Positions 26,607 to 36,296 of a stretch of 64,000 nucleotides of DNA are shown here, piece after piece. Made by a program: the position numbers and the translations under genes. Position 1 is the stretch's first letter; the number at the start of each line of letters is the position of its first letter. The notes beneath the pieces were generated by a model. It ran no database searches. It had not been told where the DNA came from and saw nothing but the letters and a program-made list of their open reading frames with translations. This DNA comes from a virus (Duplodnaviria > Heunggongvirae > Uroviricota > Caudoviricetes): the IMG/VR virus record IMGVR_UViG_3300013105_000004, positions 13,973-77,972 of that record. The stretch is one strand, 5' to 3'.

Positions 26607-28238
26607 ATGAAACCAACCACTCAACAACAAGCCTGCATCGTCGCTGTGCAGACGTACGACATCGTGAAGATCGAAGCAGGCGCAGGCTCCGGCAAGACCT
26701 CGACTCTGGAACAGATTTCGAAGTCGGTCATCCAGTCCTCGATCTACCTCGCCTTCAACAAGGTGACTGCTACCGAAGCAACCGTACGCTTCCCGAACCA
26801 CGTGGCGTGCAAGACCACTCACAGCCTTGCCTACGCTAAGTTCGGCCGTGGCCTGCAAGACAAACTGTCCCGTCCGAAGGGTGGCTACGTCAACGTCGCC
26901 TTCACCGGCACGGAAATCGCCCGCTTCTACAAGATCGGCTGCATCATGGACATGGAGCTGGGAACGCTCGCTATCACGGAAAACGCTGTCGGCCTGTTCG
27001 TGCGTCAGACCGTGGAACGCTTCGAGCAATCCGCTGACATGGAGATTACCGCGAACCATCTGCCGCGTTTCGACATGGACAAGGCCATCAAGGCTGACCC
27101 ATCGTCGGCGGACTACGTGCTGCGTCTCGCGAAGCGTCTGTGGCAAGATCGTATCGAACCGGGTAGCCCTGTGCTGGCAACGCACGATACGTACCTGAAG
27201 CTGTTCCAACTGTCCAAGCCGCGTCTGCCGTACAACATCGTCTATCTGGACGAGGCGCAGGATAGCACTCCTTGCGTACTGGACATCGTGATGACGCAAG
27301 CATCGAAGGGTTCGAAGATCATCCTCGTGGGCGACCGTCGCCAAGCGATCTACGGCTGGCGTGGTGCGATCAATGCCATGACCCGCATCGACGGCCATAG
27401 CGAATACCTGACGAAGAGCTTCCGCTTCGGTCAAGGCGTGGCTGATGTGGCTACGGCTGTTCTGCAAGGCCAGATGAAGCTGACGGGCCGTGACGACATG
27501 CCCTCGATTATCGGTCGTGGTGTGGTGGACCGTACGAAGCCATATATGTACCTGTTCCGTACGAACTCCGGCTTGCTGTACACGGCTGTGGCTGCAATCG
27601 CGAAGGGCGAGAACATCCGTCTGGAAATCGACGTGAAAGACTTCCTCCGCCTGCTGGAATCGGCATATGCCCTGTCGAAGAACGACATGCGTAACGTGAA
27701 GCACGAGAACATCCTGCCGTACCCGACGTGGAAGGAGTACAAGGAAGAGGCGGAGAAGATGACTGGCGAGATGAAGCGCATCGTCAACATCATCGAAGGC
27801 GGTGATTACTTCCGCTTCGTACGTACGTTGGAAGGGTTTCATAACCCGGCGAATGCACCAATCGTGTACACTACGGCTCACAAGGCCAAGGGACGCGAAC
27901 ACGATCAGGTGTTGCTGGCTGACGACTTCCCAAGCCACTACGACGGCGGCGAGTGGGTCGGTCTGCCGGAGATGGAACAGAACCTTCTGTACGTTGCAAC
28001 TACAAGGGCAATGAGGGTACTTGAGATAAATGACCCGGTAGCGGAGGCTATCGACTACTACGCGGATGGCCCTGAGCATCTGGATTCCGGGGAACTGCCG
28101 AGCCTGATGCCCGACGTGAAGCTGCGTGGCGAGCATGCAGTGGACGCAATGTACGCAGAGATGGGCCTGAACGATATGCCGCCTAACCTCCGGAGGGAAC
28201 TTCGGGACATGCGACGTGATTACGACTGGCAAGAATGA
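26607..28238 (+). CDS. SF1 UvrD/PcrA-like DNA helicase
   Basis: motif I GAGSGKTS, II VYLDEAQD, III GDRRQAIYGWRGA. Confidence 0.8.
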   Translation: MKPTTQQQACIVAVQTYDIVKIEAGAGSGKTSTLEQISKSVIQSSIYLAFNKVTATEATVRFPNHVACKTTHSLAYAKFGRGLQDKLSRPKGGYVNVAFTGTEIARFYKIGCIMDMELGTLAITENAVGLFVRQTVERFEQSADMEITANHLPRFDMDKAIKADPSSADYVLRLAKRLWQDRIEPGSPVLATHDTYLKLFQLSKPRLPYNIVYLDEAQDSTPCVLDIVMTQASKGSKIILVGDRRQAIYGWRGAINAMTRIDGHSEYLTKSFRFGQGVADVATAVLQGQMKLTGRDDMPSIIGRGVVDRTKPYMYLFRTNSGLLYTAVAAIAKGENIRLEIDVKDFLRLLESAYALSKNDMRNVKHENILPYPTWKEYKEEAEKMTGEMKRIVNIIEGGDYFRFVRTLEGFHNPANAPIVYTTAHKAKGREHDQVLLADDFPSHYDGGEWVGLPEMEQNLLYVATTRAMRVLEINDPVAEAIDYYADGPEHLDSGELPSLMPDVKLRGEHAVDAMYAEMGLNDMPPNLRRELRDMRRDYDWQE

Positions 28239-28330
28239 TGGGCAGACCCACGAAGAGTGGGTTTCTGCTAGAATTGCAGACGGCTACACCGTAGCAGAGA
28301 TAGAAACACTACCATTTTAAGGAGAGAAAC

Positions 28331-28525
28331 ATGGCAAAGAAATACATGCTGGTACGTAAAAGTAAGGAGGGCAACTGGAAGCCGTGCGGTTTGTACAGCA
28401 GCCGCGACGAAGCCGAAATCGGGGAGACGAGCGAGGACAAAGCCCTCGTTGACAGGGATCGCAATATGATGGCCCGCAAGTTCCCGGAACAGACATACGC
28501 AGTGCTGGAAATCACGGAGGAATAA
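28331..28525 (+). CDS. hypothetical protein (64 aa)
   Basis: RBS AAGGAGAGAAACATG. Confidence 0.5.
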   Translation: MAKKYMLVRKSKEGNWKPCGLYSSRDEAEIGETSEDKALVDRDRNMMARKFPEQTYAVLEITEE

Positions 28526-28526
28526 C

Positions 28527-31043
28527 ATGGGCATCGCCGCAATCTGGGACTTGGAAGCGAAGAACCTGCTCAATTCCGAGTCCATCGATTACACGGCTTC
28601 CCCTTACCGACTACGCGACCCGGAGTTCATGCACTGTGCCGGGTTCGTAGCACGCGATACTGAAGACGAATGGTTGTTCGACCCCGATGCTGTCAGGCGG
28701 GGCGAGCACGCGGAATTCATTATGGAAGAGGTTGACGAGATGATCGGTCACAATACGATCAGCTACGACCACTTGCTGATGAAGCTGCACGATGGTATGA
28801 ACTACTCCATCGGCTGTAAAGCGCTGGACATTCCGGACCGTATCTCGTACAAAGGGAAGACGAAAGACATCATCATTACCGACACGCTCGTCATGTCGAA
28901 GACGCTCAACCCTGATCGTCCTCAGCATAGTATCGAGTACTTCGGTAGCATTCTGGGACTGGAGAAGATCAACTGGAGGGCGAAGGCTGTCGAGCTGGGC
29001 CTATGCGCTGCTGACTCTCCGAAGGGAACGGAATTCCGCGTGTGGCACCCTGAGATGGGCGTCTACATGATGCGAGACTGCCACGTCAACAAGCGGGTGT
29101 ACCGTTGGCTGATGCGTGAGTGGGGCGAGTGGGGCTGGAACGATGCGTACGAGCTGGAGAAAGCTGTTGCCGAAATCATCACGCGACAGGAACACCGGGG
29201 CTTCAAGTTCAATCGTGACAAGGCAGTAGAGAACGTTCGCTTCCTCGACGCGAAGATGGAAGAGTTACGGGCAACCGTGGAACCGCTCATCCCTCCGAAG
29301 CCGCTGACGAAGGGTAAGCTGGCGGATGTCACCCCGACGAAGAAGCAGTTCAAACAGAGCGGGGAACCTGTCAGCCATATGTTCAACTTCGCCAAGAAAC
29401 ACGGCGGATCGTTGTACGAGGAATCGGGCGACTGGATTCTGGACGTGTTCGGGAAGAAGCACAAGCTGCCGATCCCGAGCGAGCCGCTGTTCACGACGGA
29501 GCCTGCAAGGCTGGACGATACGTTGCACATCAAGCAATGGCTGGTCGAGCTGGGCTGGAATCCTACGCAGTACAAGGAACGCGACCTGACGGTTGACAGC
29601 AAGAAGAAGAAGATCACGAAGGAAAAATTCGTGGAAGCGGTAACGAAGTGGGTGGACCAGACGTTCGATAGCCCGTTCAAAGCGGACAGGCTGGAAGAGC
29701 TGGAATACTCGCCTCGTGTCAGCAAAGACTTCGTACTGAAGAAGCTGTTGTCGCACGACCACATCAAGCGTCCGCTGAAGGTTTATACGAACCCCACGCT
29801 GACAATCGGTATGGAGAAGGAAATCGACCCGGAGCTGTTGAAGCTGTCGGAGAAGTTTGCGTATGCCAAGGAGATTTCGCACTACCTGACGTACAAGCAT
29901 CGACGGAACAGTATCTTGGGTGGCGGTATCGACCCGGACGACGACGAGGACATCCAGAAGGGTTGGATGTCGGTGGACCGTTTGGACGTTGATGGACGAA
30001 TCCCAACGCCTGCTGACACGTGCGGGGCCGCTACGAGTCGTTTCAAACACAGGCTGGTATGTAACGTTCCGCGTGTAACGTCGATGTACGGGTCCGAGAT
30101 GCGGGAGTTGTTCGGCGTTGACGAATACTTCTACCAGATGGGCTACGACTTCGATTCCCTTGAAGCAAAGGTGGAAGCGCACTATACTTACCGTTATCCG
30201 GGCGGACCTGAGTACGGCGTGTCGTTGACGGCTGAAAAGCCGAACGATTGCCACTCGGTTCTGGCTGCGAAGATCACGGACATTCTGGGACGTAAGTTCC
30301 CTCGTTCGACGGCAAAGAACGTGAAGTACGGTTGCTCGTACAACGCGCAGATTCCACGTATCGCAAAGACCGTGGGCTGCTCGATTGAGGAAGCTACCAT
30401 CATCTTCAACACGTTCTGGGAGCAAGCGTTCCCGCTGAAGCAGTTGAAAGAGGCGATGCAATCGTACTGGGAGTCCACCGGACAGAAGAAATTCTTGCTG
30501 GGTATTGACGGCAGGAAACTTCCTATCCGGGCGAAGGGTAACGTAATTAACACTGCGTTCCAATCGTGCGGCGTTATCTGCGCAAAGCGGGCAATGGTGC
30601 TGCATGACCGTTACCTGAAGGAAGAAGGGCTGTCCATCGACTTCTTCACGGACGACTGGAAGGCCAAACTGGAAGAGAAGGACCAGTTCGCACAGCAGCT
30701 CATCGCTTACCACGACGAGGCGCAGTGTGAGGTCACGAAATCCAGTGTGACGTTCAAGCTGTTCAAGTTCGATGGTCCGATGGAAGTGGAAAACGAGAAG
30801 GGCGAGATGGAGCTTACCGAATCCGCCGCTGCCGCTAAAAAGGCTTGTAAGGCTTTTAAAGAGGCGCAGACGGACAAGGTATGGTCTGATATCGGCCACA
30901 CCGATAAATGCTTCTACGTGGCCTATAATCGAGCCGGAGAGCTTGCTGCGAAGGCCGTGACGGACGCTGGTAAGTATTACAAGCTGAAAGTGGAGCTGAC
31001 GGCTGGCTACATGATCGGTACAAACTGGGCAACTTGCCACTAA
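28527..31043 (+). CDS. family A DNA polymerase
   Basis: motif B RSTAKNVKYGCSYN (R..AK..NFG..YG), motif C YHDE; 838 aa. Confidence 0.85.
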   Translation: MGIAAIWDLEAKNLLNSESIDYTASPYRLRDPEFMHCAGFVARDTEDEWLFDPDAVRRGEHAEFIMEEVDEMIGHNTISYDHLLMKLHDGMNYSIGCKALDIPDRISYKGKTKDIIITDTLVMSKTLNPDRPQHSIEYFGSILGLEKINWRAKAVELGLCAADSPKGTEFRVWHPEMGVYMMRDCHVNKRVYRWLMREWGEWGWNDAYELEKAVAEIITRQEHRGFKFNRDKAVENVRFLDAKMEELRATVEPLIPPKPLTKGKLADVTPTKKQFKQSGEPVSHMFNFAKKHGGSLYEESGDWILDVFGKKHKLPIPSEPLFTTEPARLDDTLHIKQWLVELGWNPTQYKERDLTVDSKKKKITKEKFVEAVTKWVDQTFDSPFKADRLEELEYSPRVSKDFVLKKLLSHDHIKRPLKVYTNPTLTIGMEKEIDPELLKLSEKFAYAKEISHYLTYKHRRNSILGGGIDPDDDEDIQKGWMSVDRLDVDGRIPTPADTCGAATSRFKHRLVCNVPRVTSMYGSEMRELFGVDEYFYQMGYDFDSLEAKVEAHYTYRYPGGPEYGVSLTAEKPNDCHSVLAAKITDILGRKFPRSTAKNVKYGCSYNAQIPRIAKTVGCSIEEATIIFNTFWEQAFPLKQLKEAMQSYWESTGQKKFLLGIDGRKLPIRAKGNVINTAFQSCGVICAKRAMVLHDRYLKEEGLSIDFFTDDWKAKLEEKDQFAQQLIAYHDEAQCEVTKSSVTFKLFKFDGPMEVENEKGEMELTESAAAAKKACKAFKEAQTDKVWSDIGHTDKCFYVAYNRAGELAAKAVTDAGKYYKLKVELTAGYMIGTNWATCH

Positions 31044-31062
31044 TTGAAAAGGAGTAGTTGAA

Positions 31063-31209
31063 ATGTTTTTGAATGACGAGTATTATGAAGGCAAGCGTGC
31101 GTACCGTGAAGGTTACGGTCACGACGAGAATCCGTATCAGGAGGGGACCACAGAGTTCAACGACTGGACTGACGGATGGGAAGACGCTGAAGGCGAATCA
31201 TCGATGTAA
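31063..31209 (+). CDS. small acidic protein (48 aa)
   Basis: RBS AAAGGAGTAGTTGAAATG. Confidence 0.35.
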   Translation: MFLNDEYYEGKRAYREGYGHDENPYQEGTTEFNDWTDGWEDAEGESSM

Positions 31210-31217
31210 AATAGTTG

Positions 31218-31246
31218 TTGACAGGTAGGGTAAGTAGCGTTACTAT
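31218..31246 (+). promoter_or_regulatory. promoter TTGACA-17-TACTAT
   Basis: read from sequence. Confidence 0.6.
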
Positions 31247-31278
31247 CTTACCTGTCGCAACCAACCAAACAGGAGAAA

Positions 31279-31569
31279 ATGATGGGTCAAGCAAAACAAC
31301 GTGGCACGCTGGAACAACGTGTCGAAGCAGCTCGTTCGAAGTGGAACGACGGTATCGAAGTGCAGAAGAAGGAGCTGGAAGCGCTGGATGCACTGGAACA
31401 GCGCCAACTCGACGCCCTCGGCCGCTTCGTCAACACGCAAGTGCTGCCGCAGATGGAACGCCAGTACGGTGCGCTGATGCGTGCGGATTTCTCGCTGATC
31501 GACATGCCGATTGCAGCGAAGGCACGCGCCGACGAGTTCACGAAAGCTCTGGAAAAATCGGCAAAATAA
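31279..31569 (+). CDS. hypothetical protein (96 aa)
   Basis: leader GCAACCAACCAAACAGGAGAAAATGATG. Confidence 0.55.
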   Translation: MMGQAKQRGTLEQRVEAARSKWNDGIEVQKKELEALDALEQRQLDALGRFVNTQVLPQMERQYGALMRADFSLIDMPIAAKARADEFTKALEKSAK

Positions 31570-31572
31570 CGC

Positions 31573-31602
31573 TTGACGGCGTAAGCAGCAACGAAGTAAG
31601 AT
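31573..31602 (+). promoter_or_regulatory. promoter TTGACG-18-TAAGAT
   Basis: read from sequence. Confidence 0.55.
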
Positions 31603-31636
31603 AGCACTATCAACCAACCAAACAAGGAGAAACACA

Positions 31637-32428
31637 ATGAAGAAGATTTTCGCAATGATCGCAATCGCACTGGCATTCACCGGCTGCACCCGTATCGACA
31701 CTGGCGAAGTCGGCCTCCGCAAGAACTGGAACAAGGTCATCGAGACGGCGGAACTGCCCGCTGGTTCGGTCAACCAGACCCTCGTGGGCGAAGTGCTGAC
31801 CTTCCCTGTACGTGAAATCAACGCGGAAGTGAAAGACCTGCGGCCGCAGACGGTCGAGAGCGTCACGATGGACGACTTCGATCTGACCGTCGTGTACAAC
31901 ATCAACCCGGCGAGCGTTTCGGACCTGTACATCAACAAGGCCAAATCGTTCAACGGCGTGAACAGCAATGGCGAAGTGCTGCTGATGGAAAACTACATCC
32001 AGACCATCGCGAAGAACGCGGTGATGAAGGTGATCCCGAAGTACGAAGCACTGAAGATCAACATCCAACGACAACAAGTCGAAGCGGATATCGTCGCCAT
32101 CATCAAGGAAGAACTGGCGAAGGAAAAGCTGGATACGTCGATCATCGTGTCGCAAGTGCTGGTACGTAACGCGGTCCCGCCGTCTGCCATCACGCAGTCC
32201 GCGAACAACCTCGTCCGTGCACAGAACGAGCTGAAGCAGTCGGCAATCGAAGTCCAGAAGGCCGAACAGGAATCGAAGCGTATCGCAGCACTGAACGCGA
32301 ATGCCGGTGCAGTGAACTACATGCAAGCCCAAGCGCAGATGAAGATCGCTGAAGGCATCGCTGCTGGCAAGGTGCACACGATTGTCGTCCCGTACGACTT
32401 CAAGGGTATGGTCAACGTCTCTAAGTAA
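31637..32428 (+). CDS. SPFH/band-7 (prohibitin-like) lipoprotein
   Basis: lipobox ALAFTGC; SPFH-like region; leader CAACCAACCAAACAAGGAGAAACACAATG. Confidence 0.65.
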   Translation: MKKIFAMIAIALAFTGCTRIDTGEVGLRKNWNKVIETAELPAGSVNQTLVGEVLTFPVREINAEVKDLRPQTVESVTMDDFDLTVVYNINPASVSDLYINKAKSFNGVNSNGEVLLMENYIQTIAKNAVMKVIPKYEALKINIQRQQVEADIVAIIKEELAKEKLDTSIIVSQVLVRNAVPPSAITQSANNLVRAQNELKQSAIEVQKAEQESKRIAALNANAGAVNYMQAQAQMKIAEGIAAGKVHTIVVPYDFKGMVNVSK

Positions 32429-32454
32429 TACAACCAACCAAACAAGGAGAGAAC

Positions 32455-32670
32455 ATGAAAAAGTTTATCACTGGTATCATTCTGTCGCTGGCAACCGTCG
32501 CAGCTCTGGCAATGCCCCGTTCCTCGTACTCGTCGGGTAGCGGTAGCGACTGGGGCAGTTCTTCGAGTTCGTCGTCCAGCAGCGATTGGGGTTCATCCTC
32601 ATCGTCCAGCTCCTACGACAGCGGCAGTTCGTCGTACGACAGCGGTTCCAGCAGCTCATCGTGGGACTGA
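32455..32670 (+). CDS. secreted Ser-rich low-complexity peptide (signal peptide + S/G/D/W/Y repeats)
   Basis: MKKFITGIILSLATVAALA signal; SSSSDWGSSSS.. repeats; conserved leader CAACCAACCAAACAAGGAGAGAACATG. Confidence 0.55.
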   Translation: MKKFITGIILSLATVAALAMPRSSYSSGSGSDWGSSSSSSSSSDWGSSSSSSSYDSGSSSYDSGSSSSSWD

Positions 32671-32708
32671 GAAGGAAGAAAGCGTCGTCCAAGGACTACC
32701 AAGCCCTT

Positions 32709-33017
32709 GTGACGGCGGCAAGTGAAGTAGTGCTACGTACCCGGAACGCATCTTATTCGAACCGGAATAAATCTGGACAAGAGGAATTTGTTCTGGTAGA
32801 GTTCTCCAACACGGCGAGCTTCAGCAGAGGATTCCCGAAAGGATACGTAGTAGAGCGTGGTAGCACTACCAACGTACACAAAATAAATGCTGTGAAACTG
32901 CTTGACTGGCTGCACGAAAACGGATATAGTGCTTACGGTGCTAGACAGCTAGTGCAACAAACCACGGACTTCGAGCGATTGGAAGCGTCCATCGAGCGAA
33001 TGTTCACAACCAACTAA
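32709..33017 (+). CDS. hypothetical protein (GTG start uncertain)
   Basis: C-terminal ~100 codons of track ORF 32586..33017; N-terminal part is out-of-frame read of Ser-repeat gene. Confidence 0.3.
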   Translation: MTAASEVVLRTRNASYSNRNKSGQEEFVLVEFSNTASFSRGFPKGYVVERGSTTNVHKINAVKLLDWLHENGYSAYGARQLVQQTTDFERLEASIERMFTTN

Positions 33018-33030
33018 AAGGAGAAACAAC

Positions 33031-33462
33031 ATGACCCGTCAATTCATCGTAGGCCAACTCGCCGCAACCCGCTTCGCTGAATACGCAGCCCGCCTTCAAG
33101 CTGGCGAAGAGCTGAAGCCGGAAGATGTCGTCAGCCTGATCGGCCGCATCACTGCCATCGACGGCGAGGCAGTCACCATCAAAGCAGCAAACGGCGAAGT
33201 CGGCACGTTCAACGCATCGACTCTGGTGGATGTCGTCCACTTCGATGTCACCAAGCGCATGAACGGTAACGTGGGTGATAGTGGCTCGGTCTTCGCTATC
33301 GACCATCCGCTGCTCCCGCCGAACGAGTACGTCACGACCTCGGAAATCAAGTACATCCTCGCTGACGGCAAGTTCGAAACCCGCAACACGCTGTACGTCC
33401 CGAACCTCGTGGACATCTTCGGTGTCGTCCTGCCGTCGCCGTACCTGATCGGCCTTGCGTAA
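33031..33462 (+). CDS. hypothetical protein (143 aa)
   Basis: RBS AAAGGAGAAACAACATG. Confidence 0.55.
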   Translation: MTRQFIVGQLAATRFAEYAARLQAGEELKPEDVVSLIGRITAIDGEAVTIKAANGEVGTFNASTLVDVVHFDVTKRMNGNVGDSGSVFAIDHPLLPPNEYVTTSEIKYILADGKFETRNTLYVPNLVDIFGVVLPSPYLIGLA

Positions 33463-33465
33463 CTC

Positions 33466-33494
33466 TTGACAAGTAACGCTACGTAGTGTAAGAT
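33466..33494 (+). promoter_or_regulatory. promoter TTGACA-17-TAAGAT
   Basis: read from sequence. Confidence 0.6.
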
Positions 33495-33556
33495 AGCGGT
33501 TCTGGAGCAAACCACTCTGGACCGCAACCAACCAATCAAACTTAGGAGAGAAAATT

Positions 33557-34165
33557 ATGGAAATGTCCCTGCACCGCATCATCGCTGAAATCAAAGCAAC
33601 CGAGCAAAAGCTGTCCCAGATCACCAACGGTTCGTTCGTCTTCACCGTACCGGCCGACTCCGATGCTGATACGCTGGAAGCCAAGCGCCTGTCCCAGGCG
33701 AACTTCGACGGCATCCAAGCTCTGCTGAAGAAGCTGGCGGTACTGAAAGCGGAACGCAACAAAGCGAACGCTACCACGAAGGTGAAGATCGGCGGCACCG
33801 AGATGACGATTGACGAAGCGCTGGCACGTAAGGCTGCTAACGTCTACCGTCTGACCTTCCTGAACACCCTGCGTGCTCAGATGAACAACGGCAAGGCCCG
33901 CGTCGATCAGGTTCAAACTCAGATCGAAGCGAAGATCGCCCAACAAGTTGCCGCTGCTTCCGGTGGTACGAAGAAGGCCAGCGACGACGAAATCAAGGTC
34001 TTCCGCCAACTGGCTGAACGCAACACGAAGATCGCTGTCGTCACGTTCGACGGCCTGAAAGACCAGATCGACGCCATCGCGAAAGAGCTGGAACAGTTCG
34101 CTACCGAAGTGGATTACGTCCTGTCGGAAGCCAACGCGATGACCAAAGTGGACGTGACGCTGTAA
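33557..34165 (+). CDS. hypothetical coiled-coil protein (202 aa)
   Basis: leader GCAACCAACCAATCAAACTTAGGAGAGAAAATTATG. Confidence 0.6.
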   Translation: MEMSLHRIIAEIKATEQKLSQITNGSFVFTVPADSDADTLEAKRLSQANFDGIQALLKKLAVLKAERNKANATTKVKIGGTEMTIDEALARKAANVYRLTFLNTLRAQMNNGKARVDQVQTQIEAKIAQQVAAASGGTKKASDDEIKVFRQLAERNTKIAVVTFDGLKDQIDAIAKELEQFATEVDYVLSEANAMTKVDVTL

Positions 34166-34305
34166 TGGCCCGCTGGGAGTTTGTAACGGACAATACGAGC
34201 CGTTTGAAAGTACCCGATGGGTGGCTCGTACGGACGATAGCTGGTATCCGTAACAACGTAGCAATGACATTTGTGCCCGATGTTGGGCACACGTGGGAGC
34301 TGTAA
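34165..34305 (+). CDS. putative small protein (46 aa)
   Basis: TAATG overlap; weak. Confidence 0.25.
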   Translation: MARWEFVTDNTSRLKVPDGWLVRTIAGIRNNVAMTFVPDVGHTWEL

Positions 34306-34709
34306 AGCAGCTTGGGGCTTATCCCCATTTAGTAGCAGATGTACGTAGCAAAACAAGAATCTATCCCGTCATGTGGCCCTAGGACGGAAACTAGGGGCCA
34401 ACCAATCGCTAATGGATATAGCTCATAAATGTCTGTCGGGAGTCGCCGGAGTGCGGCAACCGACACCAAGTTGAAGCTGAAAGTTTGACTCTAAAAGCTG
34501 AAAGGTTAGGCTGGTGACTGTGAACCCGTGTTGTCGCACGGCCAGCGTCAAAGTTCAAGACGTAAAAGATTGAGCCCTAGGAATGGGCTTGGAGCTAAAT
34601 GCTTGTTCAATCTTCCACAAAAGTTTTGATAGCCAAGGATGGAGCTTTATGTTTGATAGGAAGGTGCTACGTAGCGTCTGCTACTAAATGGCGATAACGT
34701 CATTACCGT

Positions 34710-34785
34710 GGGTCGTTAGCTCAGTGGATAGAGCACGGGACTTCTACTCCTGCTGTCGTAGGTTTGAATCCTACACGACCTACCA
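34710..34785 (+). tRNA. tRNA-Arg (anticodon UCU)
   Basis: cloverleaf: acceptor GGGTCGT/ACGACCT, D-arm GCTC-AGTGGATA-GAGC, anticodon stem CGGGA/TCCTG loop CTTCTAC, T-arm GTAGG-TTTGAAT-CCTAC, encoded CCA. Confidence 0.85.
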
Positions 34786-34811
34786 ACAACCGCAACCAAA
34801 AGGAGAGAAAT

Positions 34812-34970
34812 ATGCAACGCAAAGACTTCATGACCGCCGCTCAATCCCGTGCCATTGGCAACGCCCCGCGTACCCACGAGAACTGCATCCGCCTGCTGAA
34901 AGCTGCTGGCCTGCATCCGGTGGCTCGTCCGGGCAAGACGGCGAAGGACGCGGCCCGTAAGGCACGCTAA
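34812..34970 (+). CDS. small basic protein (52 aa)
   Basis: leader CAACCGCAACCAAAAGGAGAGAAATATG. Confidence 0.45.
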   Translation: MQRKDFMTAAQSRAIGNAPRTHENCIRLLKAAGLHPVARPGKTAKDAARKAR

Positions 34971-35063
34971 AGTTTCGAGAGACGAAATGCCGTCAGTGTC
35001 TATAAACAAAACGGCGATTGCGTATGACCGAAAGGCTACGAACTTACATAAAGGAAATTTAGA

Positions 35064-36041
35064 ATGGCATTCAAACCAAAGAAAAGCGGTGGCGGCAACG
35101 GTGGCGACTTCACTCCGCGTAACTTCCCGACTCCGTTCAACGGTAGCGAAAAAGGCGTAACGCAAGTTCGTCCGGCCCGCGTCTCGCTGATCGTTGATCT
35201 GGGCGAGCAAAACCGTAAGGACATCTACGAACTGAACGGCAAGCTGGTCCCGGAAGGTACGGACGGTGCCGAAACCAAGACGCAGAAACCCGCTGACCAA
35301 GTGGCTGTCTTCGTTGACCTCGTGTCGAACATCGTGGACTACGGTGGCGAAGTCGGTAAGCAACCCTACCGCCATATGCTGAACAAGGGCTTCAAGGGCG
35401 AAATCGAAGGTATCAACTTCGGTCAAGTTCCTCCGAAGGATGCGAACGGCAAACTGCTGGAAGGCAAGCCGTGGACGTTCCACCCGCAGAACATGCTCAC
35501 CAAGCTGGCGAAAGCTACCGGCCTGAACGAGCTGGGCGTCGGTGACAACACTGACATCGAACAACTGCTGGATCAAGCCCTGAACATCACGCTGGAAGTG
35601 AAGGAAACGAACAGCGGCAAGAAGGACAAGGACGGCAACGATATCGTCTACAAGAACGTGAACACCAAGGGCCTGTCTCCGCTGGCCCCAGTCGATACGG
35701 GCGAAGTGGATGACGACGGCAATCCGGTCGAAGCACTGCCTACGGTTCGTCCGCTGAAGAATCCGGCCCTGTGCATCACGTTCGACAACGCCACGAAGGA
35801 AGACATCAAGTGGATTCGTCGTGACCTCATCAAGAAAATCAAACTGGCGAACAACTACGCTGGTTCGAACATGCAGAAAGCTATCGAAGCCTACGAGGCT
35901 GAGACTGGCACTGCATCCAACGATGACGGCGATGACGCTCCGGCTGACAAGCCAGCAGCGAAACCGAAAGCTGCTCCGGCCAAGCCGAAGAAGCCTGTTG
36001 CTCCGAATTTCTCGGACATGGACGACGACATCCCGTTCTGA
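35064..36041 (+). CDS. ssb: single-stranded DNA-binding protein
   Basis: C-terminal acidic tail DMDDDIPF (canonical SSB tip); Gly-rich N-term. Confidence 0.75.
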   Translation: MAFKPKKSGGGNGGDFTPRNFPTPFNGSEKGVTQVRPARVSLIVDLGEQNRKDIYELNGKLVPEGTDGAETKTQKPADQVAVFVDLVSNIVDYGGEVGKQPYRHMLNKGFKGEIEGINFGQVPPKDANGKLLEGKPWTFHPQNMLTKLAKATGLNELGVGDNTDIEQLLDQALNITLEVKETNSGKKDKDGNDIVYKNVNTKGLSPLAPVDTGEVDDDGNPVEALPTVRPLKNPALCITFDNATKEDIKWIRRDLIKKIKLANNYAGSNMQKAIEAYEAETGTASNDDGDDAPADKPAAKPKAAPAKPKKPVAPNFSDMDDDIPF

Positions 36042-36110
36042 TGTAAGGAACGTTAGCTAACACGCCCGCTACTCGAAAGGGTAGTGGGCGTTTTCCTTTA
36101 GGAGAACGTA

Positions 36111-36296
36111 ATGCGGATTAAACTGCAAAACAAGAAGGAGTGGCACGCGTCGTTCGTATTATTCCCTCGAATCATTAATAACACTTTCGTGTGGCTGGAG
36201 TGCATTTACCGAAGAGAAGTGTTTAAAGAGTGGGGTTGGTACGAAGGCGGCTACGTCTGGGAATACAGACTGGAGGATGTACATGGAACTACCTAA
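36111..36296 (+). CDS. hypothetical protein (61 aa)
   Basis: ORF. Confidence 0.35.
   Translation: MRIKLQNKKEWHASFVLFPRIINNTFVWLECIYRREVFKEWGWYEGGYVWEYRLEDVHGTT

Noticed and set aside
19787-31040. Very long antisense ORFs opposite the RNA ligase, primase-helicase, UvrD helicase and DNA polymerase (19787..20836-, 22566..23879-, 26490..28232-, 29265..31040-)
   Set aside because: They mirror strongly supported sense-strand enzymes. Their composition is Arg/His/Val/Leu-biased and there are no translation signals.
32586-32730. N-terminal 40-48 codons of track ORF 32586..33017
   Set aside because: This part is an out-of-frame read of the Ser-repeat gene (AGC/TCG repeats read as Q/R). Only the downstream part, starting at a GTG at 32709 or 32730, is plausibly coding.
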